Of a stretch of 64,000 nt of DNA, positions 21,129 through 31,108 are shown one piece after another. Every line of letters begins with the position of its first letter. Position 1 is the first letter of the stretch. The DNA lies in contig OY782041.1 in assembly GCA_963677595.1 (NCBI GenBank), forward strand, positions 1,504,001 through 1,568,000, given 5' to 3'. The DNA is from Spirochaetia bacterium (GTDB taxonomy: Bacteria; Spirochaetota; Spirochaetia; CAKZLE01). The translations under genes and the position numbers were made by a program. Below the pieces are notes generated by a model. It was not told the origin of the DNA, did not search any database, and was given only the letters and a program-made list of their open reading frames with translations.

Positions 21129-21919
21129 GCCAGCCGCCCCCTCTTCCCGCGGAGGGGGATGAAAAAGGGGCATCCATGCAGTTCATCCTGCATGATCCGG
21201 GTCTCGATCGAGAAGACCTCGGAGAGCATCTGCTCGGTCATGACCTCCTTCGGGGGCCCCTGGGCTGCCAGCCGTCCTTCCTGCATGACGAAGATCAGGT
21301 CCGAGTACCGGGCTGCCTGGTTCAGGTCATGCAGCACCATGAGTACCGTACGGCCGGTCTCCTTCTGGAGTGAGTCTACCATCTCAAGGGTCTGGAACTG
21401 GTGGGCGATGTCAAGGTAGGTGGTCGGCTCATCCATCAACAGGATCTCAGCCTCCTGGGCCAATGCCAGGGCAAGCCAGGCGCGCTGCCGTTCCCCGCCT
21501 GATACCTGGGTGAGATCCCTACCTGCGAGCATGCCGATCCCGGTCTGTTCCATCGCCCATTCCACGACCTCATGGTCATGGGCACCCATCCTCCCCATCC
21601 ACCCGAGATGAGGGAAGCGACCGTGGCTGACCAGTTCCCTGACGGAGAACTGGTCCGGTATATGGGGGGACTGGGCTACATAGGCAAGCTTCCTTGCCAG
21701 CTCCCGGGGGCTGAAGGAACATACCGTCCTCTCCCCTATCCTCACCGAACCTGAACGGAGCCTGAGGTTCCCCGACAAGCCTTTTACCAGGGTCGACTTC
21801 CCGCAGCCGTTCGGGCCGATGACCGAGCAGAAGCTGCCGGCAGGTATCCTGATCGAGAGATCCTCGATGATGGTCTCCCCGCCATACCCGAGACTGATGT
21901 GTTCCGCCTGTATTGCCAT
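21125..21919 (-). CDS. Cobalamin/iron-chelate ABC importer ATPase (BtuD/FecE-like)
   Basis: GPNGCGKST, SGGERQRAW, MDEPTTYLD, VLHDLNQAARY. Confidence 0.9.
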   Translation of the reverse strand: MAIQAEHISLGYGGETIIEDLSIRIPAGSFCSVIGPNGCGKSTLVKGLSGNLRLRSGSVRIGERTVCSFSPRELARKLAYVAQSPHIPDQFSVRELVSHGRFPHLGWMGRMGAHDHEVVEWAMEQTGIGMLAGRDLTQVSGGERQRAWLALALAQEAEILLMDEPTTYLDIAHQFQTLEMVDSLQKETGRTVLMVLHDLNQAARYSDLIFVMQEGRLAAQGPPKEVMTEQMLSEVFSIETRIMQDELHGCPFFIPLRGKRGRLA

Positions 21920-21920
21920 A

Positions 21921-22946
21921 TTACCTCCCTGCCCCCTTCCTGATCCCGCCTTTCCGCAGCAGGTAGAGGAAGAACGGCCCGCCGAGCAGCGACATGATGA
22001 TGCCTACCGGCAGTTCGAGCGGCCTGATGACCACCCGGCCGACCAGGTCACAGGAGACGACGATGACCGCCCCGAGCAGGGCGGACCCCGGGACTAGGTA
22101 CTTCGCGTTGTTCCCGATGACCAGTCGTGCGAGGTGCGGCACGATCAACCCCACGAACCCGAGGAGACCGACGATACTGACTGCCGAAGCGGCCAGCAGC
22201 GAGGAGATGAGGATGAACAGCATGCGTACCCGCTCGACCTTCACCCCGAGGCTCCTCGCCGTATCATCCCCGAGCAGCAGGATGTTGAGCTGTGGGGAGA
22301 GCAGGAGCGAGAGGACGAGACCGGCTAGCGTATAGGGCCACATACCCGTGACATCAGCCCAGGTGATCGAGGAGAGGGACCCAACCATGAACCCGATGAC
22401 GTTCTGCACCCGGTCAGGGTAGAAGATCATCAGGGCGTTCGACCCGGCACCCAGGAAGGAGGATACCGCGATGCCGGAGAGCACCAGCCTCAAGGGGTTG
22501 GAACCTTCCTTCCAGGCAAGGGAATAGACCACGATCGTCGTGAGGAAGGCCCCGAAGAACGCGATCGGGGTCACCAGGTAGTAGAGGCCGGGGAAGAGGA
22601 TCAGCACTGACACTGCCGCAAGGCCAGCACCGGAGGAGACCCCGATGATGTTCGGGGAGGCCAGGGGGTTGCGCATGACCCCCTGGAGCAGGCAGCCGGA
22701 CAAGGCCAGGGACATCCCGACCAGCCCCGCCACGATCACCCGGGGGATACGGATCTTCACCAGGATACGGTGCCTGGTACTCTCATGGTCGACAAAGAGA
22801 TAGTGAAACACCTCTCCGAGGCTGAGTTGGGTGGACCCGACAGCGACCGCCGCGAAGAAGGCGACCACCAGGACGATGGCAAGCACCCCGAGTACGGCGA
22901 GCCTATAGCTGGTATGGGTCCTGATATCGCCTCCTGCTGCCATCAC
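21921..22946 (-). CDS. Cobalamin/iron-chelate ABC importer permease (BtuC/FecCD)
   Basis: RIPRV, RNPLASPNIIGVSSGA, GFVGLIVPH, ELPVG, GGPFF. Confidence 0.92.
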   Translation of the reverse strand: MMAAGGDIRTHTSYRLAVLGVLAIVLVVAFFAAVAVGSTQLSLGEVFHYLFVDHESTRHRILVKIRIPRVIVAGLVGMSLALSGCLLQGVMRNPLASPNIIGVSSGAGLAAVSVLILFPGLYYLVTPIAFFGAFLTTIVVYSLAWKEGSNPLRLVLSGIAVSSFLGAGSNALMIFYPDRVQNVIGFMVGSLSSITWADVTGMWPYTLAGLVLSLLLSPQLNILLLGDDTARSLGVKVERVRMLFILISSLLAASAVSIVGLLGFVGLIVPHLARLVIGNNAKYLVPGSALLGAVIVVSCDLVGRVVIRPLELPVGIIMSLLGGPFFLYLLRKGGIRKGAGR

Positions 22947-23929
22947 CTCTCCTCAAACGTGAAGGGCACCCCTGGATAGAGGTACTCAGCCATCGTCTTG
23001 AAGGCCTCAGGATAGAACCGATTCGGCTTGTAGATGGAGAAGTCCTTATCGAGGTAGTAGAAGCGGCCGTTCTTCACTGCCGTGAGGTCTCCCCAGATAT
23101 CGCTGTCGATGATGTCCTCCTGTATCCGTTCCCGGCACTTCTCGATATCACCCATGGTGGTGGCGAAGATGATGTCGGGATCCTGCTCAAGGATATACTC
23201 GAGGCTCAATTCCACCCGGGTGGCCCCCTCGATCGTGTCATCCCGGTAGATGTTCTCTGCCCCGAGCTGCTCGCAGAAATACCCGGCTATGGTATTCTGC
23301 GTCTCGACCTTCACGTACCGGGTAGAACTGAAGAGGATGCAGACGGTCGGCCCGTCTTCAGGGACCTGGTTGATGATCGACTGCACATCCCGCTGGTAGG
23401 GGATCATGGTCCGCTCATAGAGGTCCCTGGTTGAGTTGAGCCTGGTGAAGAGGTCCAGGATGACCCGGAAGTCATCATAGGTGCTGTAACTGATCGAGAC
23501 TCCCGGTATACCTTCTGCCTCGAAGAGGTCGCGGATCCCGACCTGGGTCTCGGTCGCTGAGACGACCAGGAAGTCTGGTTCGAGTTCCATGATCATCTCG
23601 CTGTTGATCGTGCTGATGGTCCCCAGCACCGGGAGGTCGAGGGCCTCCTCCGGGACGTTCGTCGTCCCCTTCACCTTGGCAAGAGAGGTCCCGCCGGCCA
23701 TGTACCAGAGATCCAGGATCGAGTTCAGCGTCACCACGGTCCGTTCCGGGTCCTTCGGCAGCTCCACGATATTCCCGGTAGCCTCCCGGAAGGTGACGGT
23801 CGTGTCCGTCTCCCCGAGGACTGCCATCCTCGATTCGGCCTCATGCAATACCATCTCCTGCTGTGCCGCTGCAAACAGCTGCACCCCCATGACCAGCAGG
23901 ACTATAGCTGCTGCAATGTTCTTTCTCAT
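22943..23929 (-). CDS. Periplasmic corrinoid/iron-chelate binding protein (BtuF-like)
   Basis: Signal peptide, PERTVV, LEPDFLV, EQDPDIIF, LTAVKNGR; lies in a B12-riboswitch operon. Confidence 0.85.
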   Translation of the reverse strand: MRKNIAAAIVLLVMGVQLFAAAQQEMVLHEAESRMAVLGETDTTVTFREATGNIVELPKDPERTVVTLNSILDLWYMAGGTSLAKVKGTTNVPEEALDLPVLGTISTINSEMIMELEPDFLVVSATETQVGIRDLFEAEGIPGVSISYSTYDDFRVILDLFTRLNSTRDLYERTMIPYQRDVQSIINQVPEDGPTVCILFSSTRYVKVETQNTIAGYFCEQLGAENIYRDDTIEGATRVELSLEYILEQDPDIIFATTMGDIEKCRERIQEDIIDSDIWGDLTAVKNGRFYYLDKDFSIYKPNRFYPEAFKTMAEYLYPGVPFTFEER

Positions 23930-24000
23930 AGTACGTCCTCCAAATTCTCAGAATCATCCATGACCCTGTTATCGATATCTCCTGCAGTCTCCTGCTTCTC

Positions 24001-24741
24001 CTACACGGTATAGCCCCTCGGGGTGACCATACGGTCCCCCAGGATCTTCGTCGCACTGTTCCCGATGACCACGACGGTGCTCATATCGACCAGCTCCTGC
24101 CGCCTGGAGGCCTCCTCCAGGGGCATGCAGCTTACAGCCTGCCCCTCACGATAGGCATTCCGGACGATCCCGACCGGTACGGTCCCTGACCCCCTCTCCA
24201 GGTACTCCCTGAGTACCCAGTCATAGAGCTCCACCCGCTTCATGCTCTTCGGGTTGTAGAGGACCAGGACATAATCCCCCTCGATCGCCATCCTGACCCG
24301 CTTCCTGATGAGCTCAGGATCGGTAAGGAGGTCACTGAGCGAGAGGACCACGAAGTCATGGATGAGCGGGGCACCGAGGAGGGCAGCGGCAGCTGTGGCC
24401 GCGGTGACCCCCGGTATGACGGTGATACGGTCATACTCTTCCTCCTCAGCCAGCTCATAGATGAGTCCTGCAAGGGAGAAGACCCCGGCATCACCGCCGC
24501 AGATGAGGGCGACATCTTTCCCTCCCCGCATGGCATCGAGTGCGTACCTGCACCGGTCGATCTCCCCGCGCATGCCGTTGGAGAAGACCTCCTTGCCTTC
24601 GACCAATTCCGCGATGAGCTCGACATACTTCCGGTAGCCGATGATGTAGTCAGCACTCCTGACAGCATCACGCGCGGCAGCGCTGATGAGATCCACCGAG
24701 CCCGGCCCGGTACTCACGATAGAGAGCATTCCATTTCCCAT
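24001..24741 (-). CDS. cbiH: Cobalt-precorrin-3B C17-methyltransferase
   Basis: GGDAGVF, LLGAPLIHDF, SLSDLLT, LYNPKS, MVTPRGY. Confidence 0.93.
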   Translation of the reverse strand: MGNGMLSIVSTGPGSVDLISAAARDAVRSADYIIGYRKYVELIAELVEGKEVFSNGMRGEIDRCRYALDAMRGGKDVALICGGDAGVFSLAGLIYELAEEEEYDRITVIPGVTAATAAAALLGAPLIHDFVVLSLSDLLTDPELIRKRVRMAIEGDYVLVLYNPKSMKRVELYDWVLREYLERGSGTVPVGIVRNAYREGQAVSCMPLEEASRRQELVDMSTVVVIGNSATKILGDRMVTPRGYTV

Positions 24742-25488
24742 CTAATCCAACTCCTCTTTCACGATGGCGACCGTGACATTCCCGCAGACCCTGCGTTCCA
24801 GGGCCAGGGTTCCCCTCTTTGCCGTGATCAGGGCACAGGGTTCTGCCACCCCCTCGATCCCGAACCTCCTCAGAGCTGCCTCACTGATCGTCGCCGCACC
24901 GGTGAATCGTTTGAGCCGGTACTCCGGTACGAAGAGGATCGGCAGGCCCATCTGCCCACAGGCAGTGACCAGGCCTTCCTCCTCCCTCTTCAGCCAGGCT
25001 GATGCGCAGACCCGCACTTCTGAAGCTGTTATTCCCAGGGCTTCCAGGCTCTCCGTCACGGCAGCCCTGACCTCGGATGGGGAGACACCGAGCCTGCAGC
25101 CGATACCGACCACATACTGCTTCCGGGTCTCGGTCGCGGTAGTGATCACCGGTTGTGCCCCGAGCAGTATCCCTACCGTCCAGGCCAGGTCATTGGCGCC
25201 CCCCTCATGCCCGGACAACGCAGAGATCGCATAGCGGCAGGCATCATCCACGACGACCACTGCAGGGTCCTCATATTTGCTGGTGATCTGTCCCGCGATC
25301 ACCCGGTAGACGATACCGATGGCCATGAAGAAGACGAGTCCGTCGTACTCCTGGAAATGGGCAGCTGCCCAGGCCCTGAGGTTTCCCTTCCCCCGCACAT
25401 CGACCAGCTCGCTTCCCGGCAGCCTCCGCTGCAGGCGCTTGGCTGAAGCAAGGCTCGAATCGGTGATCGCAATCAGGGCGATCTTCAT
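24742..25488 (-). CDS. cbiG: Cobalt-precorrin-5A hydrolase (short form)
   Basis: DPAVVVVD, LSGHEGGAN, VITTAT, GIGCR, GVAEPCA. Confidence 0.9.
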   Translation of the reverse strand: MKIALIAITDSSLASAKRLQRRLPGSELVDVRGKGNLRAWAAAHFQEYDGLVFFMAIGIVYRVIAGQITSKYEDPAVVVVDDACRYAISALSGHEGGANDLAWTVGILLGAQPVITTATETRKQYVVGIGCRLGVSPSEVRAAVTESLEALGITASEVRVCASAWLKREEEGLVTACGQMGLPILFVPEYRLKRFTGAATISEAALRRFGIEGVAEPCALITAKRGTLALERRVCGNVTVAIVKEELD

Positions 25489-26240
25489 ACCTTCCCCTCC
25501 CGGTAGCCGTGGGTGAAGTGAGCGTCATAGAGCTTCGAGAGTTCGAACTCGTTGTCGAGCACCTTCCCGACCACGATCAGGGACTGCCTCGTCAGGCTGT
25601 TCTCTCTCACGGTCGTATGGAGGTCTGAAAGTACTCCCCTGAAGACCCGCTGTTCCGGCCAGCCTGCACGGTAGACGATCGCGAAGGGGGTCTGAGGCGG
25701 GTACTCCGTCAGGAGTCTCTCCTCTACCTCCTTCGACTTCCCGACACTCAGGAAGAGGACCATCGTTGCCTGCGCCTTCGCAAGCAGGGCCAGGTCCTCC
25801 TGCTCCGGGGTCGGCGTACGCCCGGCGATACGGGTGATGATGACTGTCTGGCTGACCCCCGGGAGGGTCAGCTCCTGTTCGAGCACAGCCGCTGAAGCCT
25901 GGAAGGATGATACCCCCGGTACCACTTCGAAGGGTATTCCTTCCCGCCTGAGGAAGGCGATCTGCTCCCCGATCGCCCCATAGAGGGAGGGGTCCCCCGT
26001 ATGGACGCGGGCAATCGTGATATCCTGCCCCGCATACTTCTTATACACGGAACAGACCTCATCAAGGGCCATGCCTGCCGAGTCATGGATCTCCGCAGTA
26101 TCCCGCGCATATCCCAGGATCCGCTTCGGCACCAGGGACCCGGCATAGATGATGACTGCCGCCTCCCCGATGATCCGCGCTCCCTTGACCGTGATCAATT
26201 CAGGGTCTCCCGGACCCGCTCCGATGAACCATACTTTCAT
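25485..26240 (-). CDS. cbiF: Cobalt-precorrin-4 C11-methyltransferase
   Basis: FIGAGPGDPELITVKG, IYAGSLV, HTGDPSLYGAI, SKLYDAHFTHGYR. Confidence 0.95.
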   Translation of the reverse strand: MKVWFIGAGPGDPELITVKGARIIGEAAVIIYAGSLVPKRILGYARDTAEIHDSAGMALDEVCSVYKKYAGQDITIARVHTGDPSLYGAIGEQIAFLRREGIPFEVVPGVSSFQASAAVLEQELTLPGVSQTVIITRIAGRTPTPEQEDLALLAKAQATMVLFLSVGKSKEVEERLLTEYPPQTPFAIVYRAGWPEQRVFRGVLSDLHTTVRENSLTRQSLIVVGKVLDNEFELSKLYDAHFTHGYREGKV

Positions 26241-26241
26241 G

Positions 26242-26964
26242 TCACTTCCCCTCGCTCTTCTCGATGAACAGGATCGACAGGTTCCCGTCTGCCTGTCGTA
26301 TCTCCTCCAGCCCGTGATACACTTCACGGTCAGAGAGGCCCGCCTTCTTCACCAGGCTGATGCCATACCCGTCTTCGATACCGGCAAGCCACTGTACGGC
26401 ATCACCGATCCGCTTGCCGATCTTCATGCAGACCAGCTTCGCATGCCGGTCCAGCAGCTGTCTCAACCGTCCTTCCGTCTCCGGGAACGGTACGACGACC
26501 AGCTCCTCATCCCCGATGACCAGGGGGGATGTGAGCTCTGCCGCTGCGGCCTGGAGGCTCGAGATCCCCGGGACCATCGTGATCGGCACCTGCCCATCCA
26601 GTCTTTTCAGGGCACCGGTCAGGTAGGCCATCGTACTGTAGATCGAAGGGTCCCCGAGGGTGACGCAGAGGAAGTATCCTGACCTCTCGATCACGGAACG
26701 GATCTCAACAGCCTTGCAGTCCCAGTGCTCCTGCCTCAGGGCGACACTCCTCGCCATGGAGAAGTCGATCTCCCTGAGCTCAGCCTTCAGGTCGGGCAGG
26801 CTGATGAGTATATCCTGCACCAGGGAGCCGGAGGCCCGTCCCTTCGGGATATGGATGACGTCAGCTTCCTGCAGGACCTGCAGGGCACGCAGAGTGACCA
26901 TCCTCGGATCCCCAGGCCCGATCCCCACGCAGTAGAGGCCTCTCAAAGAAGAATCATCACACAT
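26242..26964 (-). CDS. cbiL: Cobalt-factor II C20-methyltransferase
   Basis: VGIGPGDPxMVT, TLGDPSIYST, VPGISS, MK motif. Confidence 0.88.
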   Translation of the reverse strand: MCDDSSLRGLYCVGIGPGDPRMVTLRALQVLQEADVIHIPKGRASGSLVQDILISLPDLKAELREIDFSMARSVALRQEHWDCKAVEIRSVIERSGYFLCVTLGDPSIYSTMAYLTGALKRLDGQVPITMVPGISSLQAAAAELTSPLVIGDEELVVVPFPETEGRLRQLLDRHAKLVCMKIGKRIGDAVQWLAGIEDGYGISLVKKAGLSDREVYHGLEEIRQADGNLSILFIEKSEGK

Positions 26965-27554
26965 AGCCTGTACTCCTCCTCCGGCACCTCTGCCGCCGTC
27001 ATCTGCAGGATCTCCTCAGCTTCATAGGAGAGGTCACTGCCGATCACGACAACCCTCTCTCCCTGGTCATGTTCGCAGAGATACCCTGCGACCCTTGATG
27101 GTGTGTGTTCCCGGTCAAGGAGCAGGACGGTCCTCTCATCGTCGAGCAGTTCCTCCCAAGACTCCGGCAGACTCCCGTGCAGGCTCAGGAGCCTGCTTCC
27201 CTGCCAGGGGAGCCCGATCCTGGAAAACAGGTACTGGAAACTGCTCAGCCCCGGGATGATCGCTATCGGTATACCTGGGAACTGTTCCCGGATGAGTCTC
27301 AGGGGACTGTGATAGCAGGGGTCTCCCGACACCAGCACGGCCAGCCTCTGTGCCGGATGCTCCAGAAGGGCCCTTCGAATGACAGACCCATAGTCCCCCT
27401 GCAGCGGGATCAGGGTCTTCCCCTCCCCACCACAGGCTTCGAGATGTCTCTCCCCTCCTATGAGTACGTCGGCCTCCTCGATGCACGTCACTGCCTGCGG
27501 CAGGATGTAGGCAGGATCCCCCGGGCCCATCCCGACGATTGAGAGATCAGTCAT
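26943..27554 (-). CDS. cbiE: Cobalt-precorrin-7 C5-methyltransferase (no CbiT domain)
   Basis: IVGMGPG, LIGGERHL, VSGDP, PGLSSFQY, SLHG. Confidence 0.88.
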   Translation of the reverse strand: MTDLSIVGMGPGDPAYILPQAVTCIEEADVLIGGERHLEACGGEGKTLIPLQGDYGSVIRRALLEHPAQRLAVLVSGDPCYHSPLRLIREQFPGIPIAIIPGLSSFQYLFSRIGLPWQGSRLLSLHGSLPESWEELLDDERTVLLLDREHTPSRVAGYLCEHDQGERVVVIGSDLSYEAEEILQMTAAEVPEEEYRLCVMILL

Positions 27555-28647
27555 CGGCTGCCTCCCCGGCTGAGAGATCCGACAGGACCTCGCCTGAGAG
27601 GTCCAGGAGCACTGACCGTATGGGAATCCTCTTCTTCATATAGAGGAGGCACCGTTCGAGAAGCTTCCGGTTGATCGAATCGAAGGTCTCCGGCAGGTTG
27701 TGCTCTCTGATGAACTTCGCAGCCTCCTCAGCTGTTGCGGCATCCATGATCCTGCCGACGAGCCCCCGGTCCGCTCCTGTCAGGGCAGCATGTGCTGCAA
27801 TGGTCTCGAGCCGTGCATCCCCATAGGTGCAGTGGGTGTTGAACAGCCCTGCCGCGACCTTCGCCATCTTCCCGATATGGGCACAGAGGATGATCTGACT
27901 GAACTCCTGTGCGACCGCTTTGTCGAGGGCAAAGCCGGCATAGTCGCCGAAAAGGATCGTCTGCTCTTCGGGGATTCCCCGTGCCGCGGTATACTTCTCC
28001 CCGACATAGCCTGAAAGCAGATAGACCTGCTCGAAACCGCTCTGTCTCACGACCCGTACATTGAGTGCTATCGAGCTCTTGTAGGCCCTCGAGGACTTCG
28101 GTTCGATGATGCCCGAAGTACCTATGATGCTGATCCCACCCTCGACCCCCAGTCGCGGGTTCCAGGTCCTCTTCGCGAGTTCCTCGCCTTCCGGGACGCT
28201 GATGGTCACCGAGAAGCCGCTGCCGTCTCTCTGCAGGGGGGTGAGCTCTTTCTCGATACGTCTTCTTGGCCTGGGATTAATCGCAGGACTTCCCGGCGAG
28301 ATCGGCAGCCCCTCCCGAGTCACGGTCCCCACCCCTGTCCCGCCGAGGACCAGGATACGGGAATCTTCGTTGAAAGAGACTTCCGCACGGAACTCCTTCC
28401 CGTTGGTGACATCGTCATCATCCCCGCTGTCCTTGTAGATACCGTAGCAGGCTGACTCACCGTCCCTCGAGATCTCATACACGGGAAGCTCCAGCGTCAT
28501 TGAGGGGAGGACTACCGGTATGAGGTCTATCGTCCTCTGCTCGACGAGGGCTGTTGCGGCAGCCTTCGCCGCAGCCTGGGCACAGGTGCCCGAGGTAAAC
28601 CCCCTCCTGAGTCCGTCAACGGTACCGAGGACCTTCCTATACTCCAT
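27547..28647 (-). CDS. cbiD: Cobalt-precorrin-5B C1-methyltransferase
   Basis: LRRGFTSGTCA, KDSGDDxDVT, AINPxPR, TWNPRLGVEGGISIIGTSG, HIGK. Confidence 0.95.
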   Translation of the reverse strand: MEYRKVLGTVDGLRRGFTSGTCAQAAAKAAATALVEQRTIDLIPVVLPSMTLELPVYEISRDGESACYGIYKDSGDDDDVTNGKEFRAEVSFNEDSRILVLGGTGVGTVTREGLPISPGSPAINPRPRRRIEKELTPLQRDGSGFSVTISVPEGEELAKRTWNPRLGVEGGISIIGTSGIIEPKSSRAYKSSIALNVRVVRQSGFEQVYLLSGYVGEKYTAARGIPEEQTILFGDYAGFALDKAVAQEFSQIILCAHIGKMAKVAAGLFNTHCTYGDARLETIAAHAALTGADRGLVGRIMDAATAEEAAKFIREHNLPETFDSINRKLLERCLLYMKKRIPIRSVLLDLSGEVLSDLSAGEAADD

Positions 28648-29293
28648 ACTGTTTCCCTGCTAGAGCGATCAGGCCGTTCACGATCGCTGCCGCGATCGGG
28701 GAACCTCCCCGCCTGTCGGGGTTGGTGATGAACGGTATATCTATCCCGAGCAGTTCCTGCTTGCTCTCAGCAGCCCCCACGAAGCCGACCGGCACCCCGA
28801 TGATCAGGGCGGGCCGCACCTCCCCGGCATTGACCAGGTCGATGAGTTCGAAGAGGGCCGTCGGTGCATTCCCGATCGCCACGATCCCGCCGTCATACTC
28901 TGCCTTCGCCAGCCTGACCGCGGCTGCCGACTTGGTCATCCCGCACGCTGCCGCCAATGCGGCAGCCTCCTCTGTATAGAGCATGCAGGAGAGTGTCCCC
29001 CCATACCCCTCTGGCAGCCGTGCCCGGATCCCCGAGGTGACCATAGAGACGTCGGTGTAGATGTTCCGGCCCTCCCGGATCGCCTTCACCCCTGAGGAGA
29101 GCGCATCGGCATGGAATCTGAACGTCTTCGAGAACTCAACGTCGGCTGTGGTATGAGCGATCCGGGTCCTGATGAGCATCTCAGCCTCAGGACAGTGGTA
29201 ATCGCCGAACTCCTCCCTGATCATGGAAAAGCTCCTTGCATAGATCTCCTCCGGTCTCAAGTACTGCCTTCCCCGTTTCTGGTCATCGTTCAT
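28637..29293 (-). CDS. cbiC: Cobalt-precorrin-8 methylmutase
   Basis: EIYARSF, RIAHTTAD, IGNAPTAL, GVPVGFVGAAESK, GGSPIAAA; alternative GTG start at 29302. Confidence 0.93.
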   Translation of the reverse strand: MNDDQKRGRQYLRPEEIYARSFSMIREEFGDYHCPEAEMLIRTRIAHTTADVEFSKTFRFHADALSSGVKAIREGRNIYTDVSMVTSGIRARLPEGYGGTLSCMLYTEEAAALAAACGMTKSAAAVRLAKAEYDGGIVAIGNAPTALFELIDLVNAGEVRPALIIGVPVGFVGAAESKQELLGIDIPFITNPDRRGGSPIAAAIVNGLIALAGKQYGV

Positions 29294-30653
29294 GGTATTC
29301 ACCTGCCTTCTGTATGAAAGATCTCAGCATCCCTATATTGGATGCAAAATGGAAGTGTACCCAGCTGCCTACGGCCTGCCGGTACTGCAGCCCGTCGTGG
29401 AAGGACCGCTCCCCCTTCCTGATGAGGAACAGGGCATCCTCTTGGCCTATCTCCCGGTCGAGTTCCGCCCAATGGAATACATGCCCCCGCGAAGAGGTCC
29501 CTCCCTCCCCGAAGATGCTGCCCCGCATCGTCTGTGTCTCACAATAGCCGAGGGCACGGAGCGACCTACTTAGACTCGCTGTATAGGGAAAGATCCCTGC
29601 CATCGGGTAGGAATGCCCGTCGACCTCGATCGCATCGCAGAGGTACATGAATCCCCCGCACTCCGCGAGCAGGGGCATGCCCCCTTCGACAGCCTGCCTG
29701 ATCGAGTCCTTCATGGTGGTGTTCGCAGAGAGTTGGCCTGCATGGAGTTCCGGGTACCCGCCCCCGAGATAGAGCGCGTCCAGCGAGTCCGGGAGACGGT
29801 GGTCGTTCACCGGGCTGAACCTGACGAGTTCCGCCCCATGGTCTTCGAGCAGGTCGAGGTTATCCTGGTAATAGAAGTTGAACGCCGCATCGTCGGCAAT
29901 GCCGATACGCGGATGGCAGGTGATGCGGCCTGCAGGATGCAGGGCTGCCAGGCCGGTTTCTGCCTGCCCCGCCGCTGCCGCGATCTGCCGCAGTCTCCCA
30001 AGGTCAAGGTGCTCCTTCAGCACTCCCGCGATGGTATCGAAGGTATGGTCCCAGTGTTCGGACTCCTCTGCGGGTACCAGCCCGAGGTGCCGTGACTCCA
30101 GGGCCATGCGTGCATCCTTCGGGATAGAGCCGATCACCGGGATACCGGTATACTCCCTGATCGCTTCCCCAAGGACTCGGGCATGGCGGGGGGACCCGAC
30201 CCGGTTGAGGATGATCCCGGCCAACTCCAGTTCGGGGTCGAATGTCGCAAACCCCTTCACGATGGCCGCGGCACTACGTGCCATGGCCCTCGCATCGAGG
30301 ACCAGGATGACCGGCAGCCCGAGCAGTTTGGCCAGGTGGGCACTACTCCCCCGCTCATCACAGGGACCTGCACCGTCAAAGAACCCCATGACCCCCTCGA
30401 CGATCGAGAGGTCAGCCTGCTGCCGGGCATAGAGTTCTTTCACGGTATCGGGGGAACAGAGCATCGTGTCGAGGTTCCTCGAACTCCTCCTCGCCGCGAT
30501 AGTATGGAACTTGGGGTCGATGTAGTCAGGGCCGGCCTTCCAGGGCTGGACCTGCAGACCCAGGTCGGCAAACGCACGCATCAAACCCATGCTGACGGTG
30601 GTCTTGCCGCAGCCGGAATGCGTTCCTGCGATGAGGAAACCGGGATTATTCAT
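29283..30653 (-). CDS. cbiA: Cobyrinate a,c-diamide synthase
   Basis: SGCGKTT, KAGPDYIDP, EGVMG, SRHLGL, GGGYPE, AECGGFMYL. Confidence 0.95.
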   Translation of the reverse strand: MNNPGFLIAGTHSGCGKTTVSMGLMRAFADLGLQVQPWKAGPDYIDPKFHTIAARRSSRNLDTMLCSPDTVKELYARQQADLSIVEGVMGFFDGAGPCDERGSSAHLAKLLGLPVILVLDARAMARSAAAIVKGFATFDPELELAGIILNRVGSPRHARVLGEAIREYTGIPVIGSIPKDARMALESRHLGLVPAEESEHWDHTFDTIAGVLKEHLDLGRLRQIAAAAGQAETGLAALHPAGRITCHPRIGIADDAAFNFYYQDNLDLLEDHGAELVRFSPVNDHRLPDSLDALYLGGGYPELHAGQLSANTTMKDSIRQAVEGGMPLLAECGGFMYLCDAIEVDGHSYPMAGIFPYTASLSRSLRALGYCETQTMRGSIFGEGGTSSRGHVFHWAELDREIGQEDALFLIRKGERSFHDGLQYRQAVGSWVHFHFASNIGMLRSFIQKAGEYHER

Positions 30654-30736
30654 GCATGTGCATGTGTGATTGGAAACAAGTGCCGTATTCAGCTTTCATT
30701 ATACCCCACCCAGTACATAATGACAGTTATGCTTGT

Positions 30737-30883
30737 TATAGGCTGGTCTCCTGACTTGATGCCCTATACCTGACCCTTCCCAAGGATATCCTCAGTGGTT
30801 CTATCAGGTACTTCGCGATCTTACAGTGCCTGGGGGCGCACAGGTCTTTCACCTGTTTCCCAATTAAGTTCTCACACCTATTG
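30737..30883 (-). ncRNA. Cobalamin (AdoCbl) riboswitch
   Basis: Minus strand reads AATAGGT...AATTGGGAAACAGGTGAAAGACCTGTGCGCCCCCAGGCACTGTAA...CCACTG...GGGAAGG...AAGTCAGGAGACCAGCC (B12 box), upstream of cbiA. Confidence 0.92.
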
Positions 30884-31108
30884 GCCCCTGTATAATACAG
30901 GTCCTCCCCGTTTGTCAATGCAATTCTCTTCCCCGCATCCTATACCATAAGATTCCTCAAAAAACCACAAGATAGTTCAATACAATCCAGATGCGCTGGC
31001 CCATACTGGTATACTGACGACATGCACGGCTCCCGGCAGACTCTTTACACAGCTCGCCGGACGTGGTATGCAGGGATCATCAATCTGAACTGTCGGAAGG
31101 GGAATACA

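Noticed and set aside
23930-24000. Possible cbiJ remnant between cbiH and the binding-protein gene
   Set aside because: Only about 70 bp with no start codon context or recognisable motif.
30888-30900. CTGT...ACAG as a LexA SOS box
   Set aside because: The spacer is 5 nt, not the 8 nt of the proteobacterial box.
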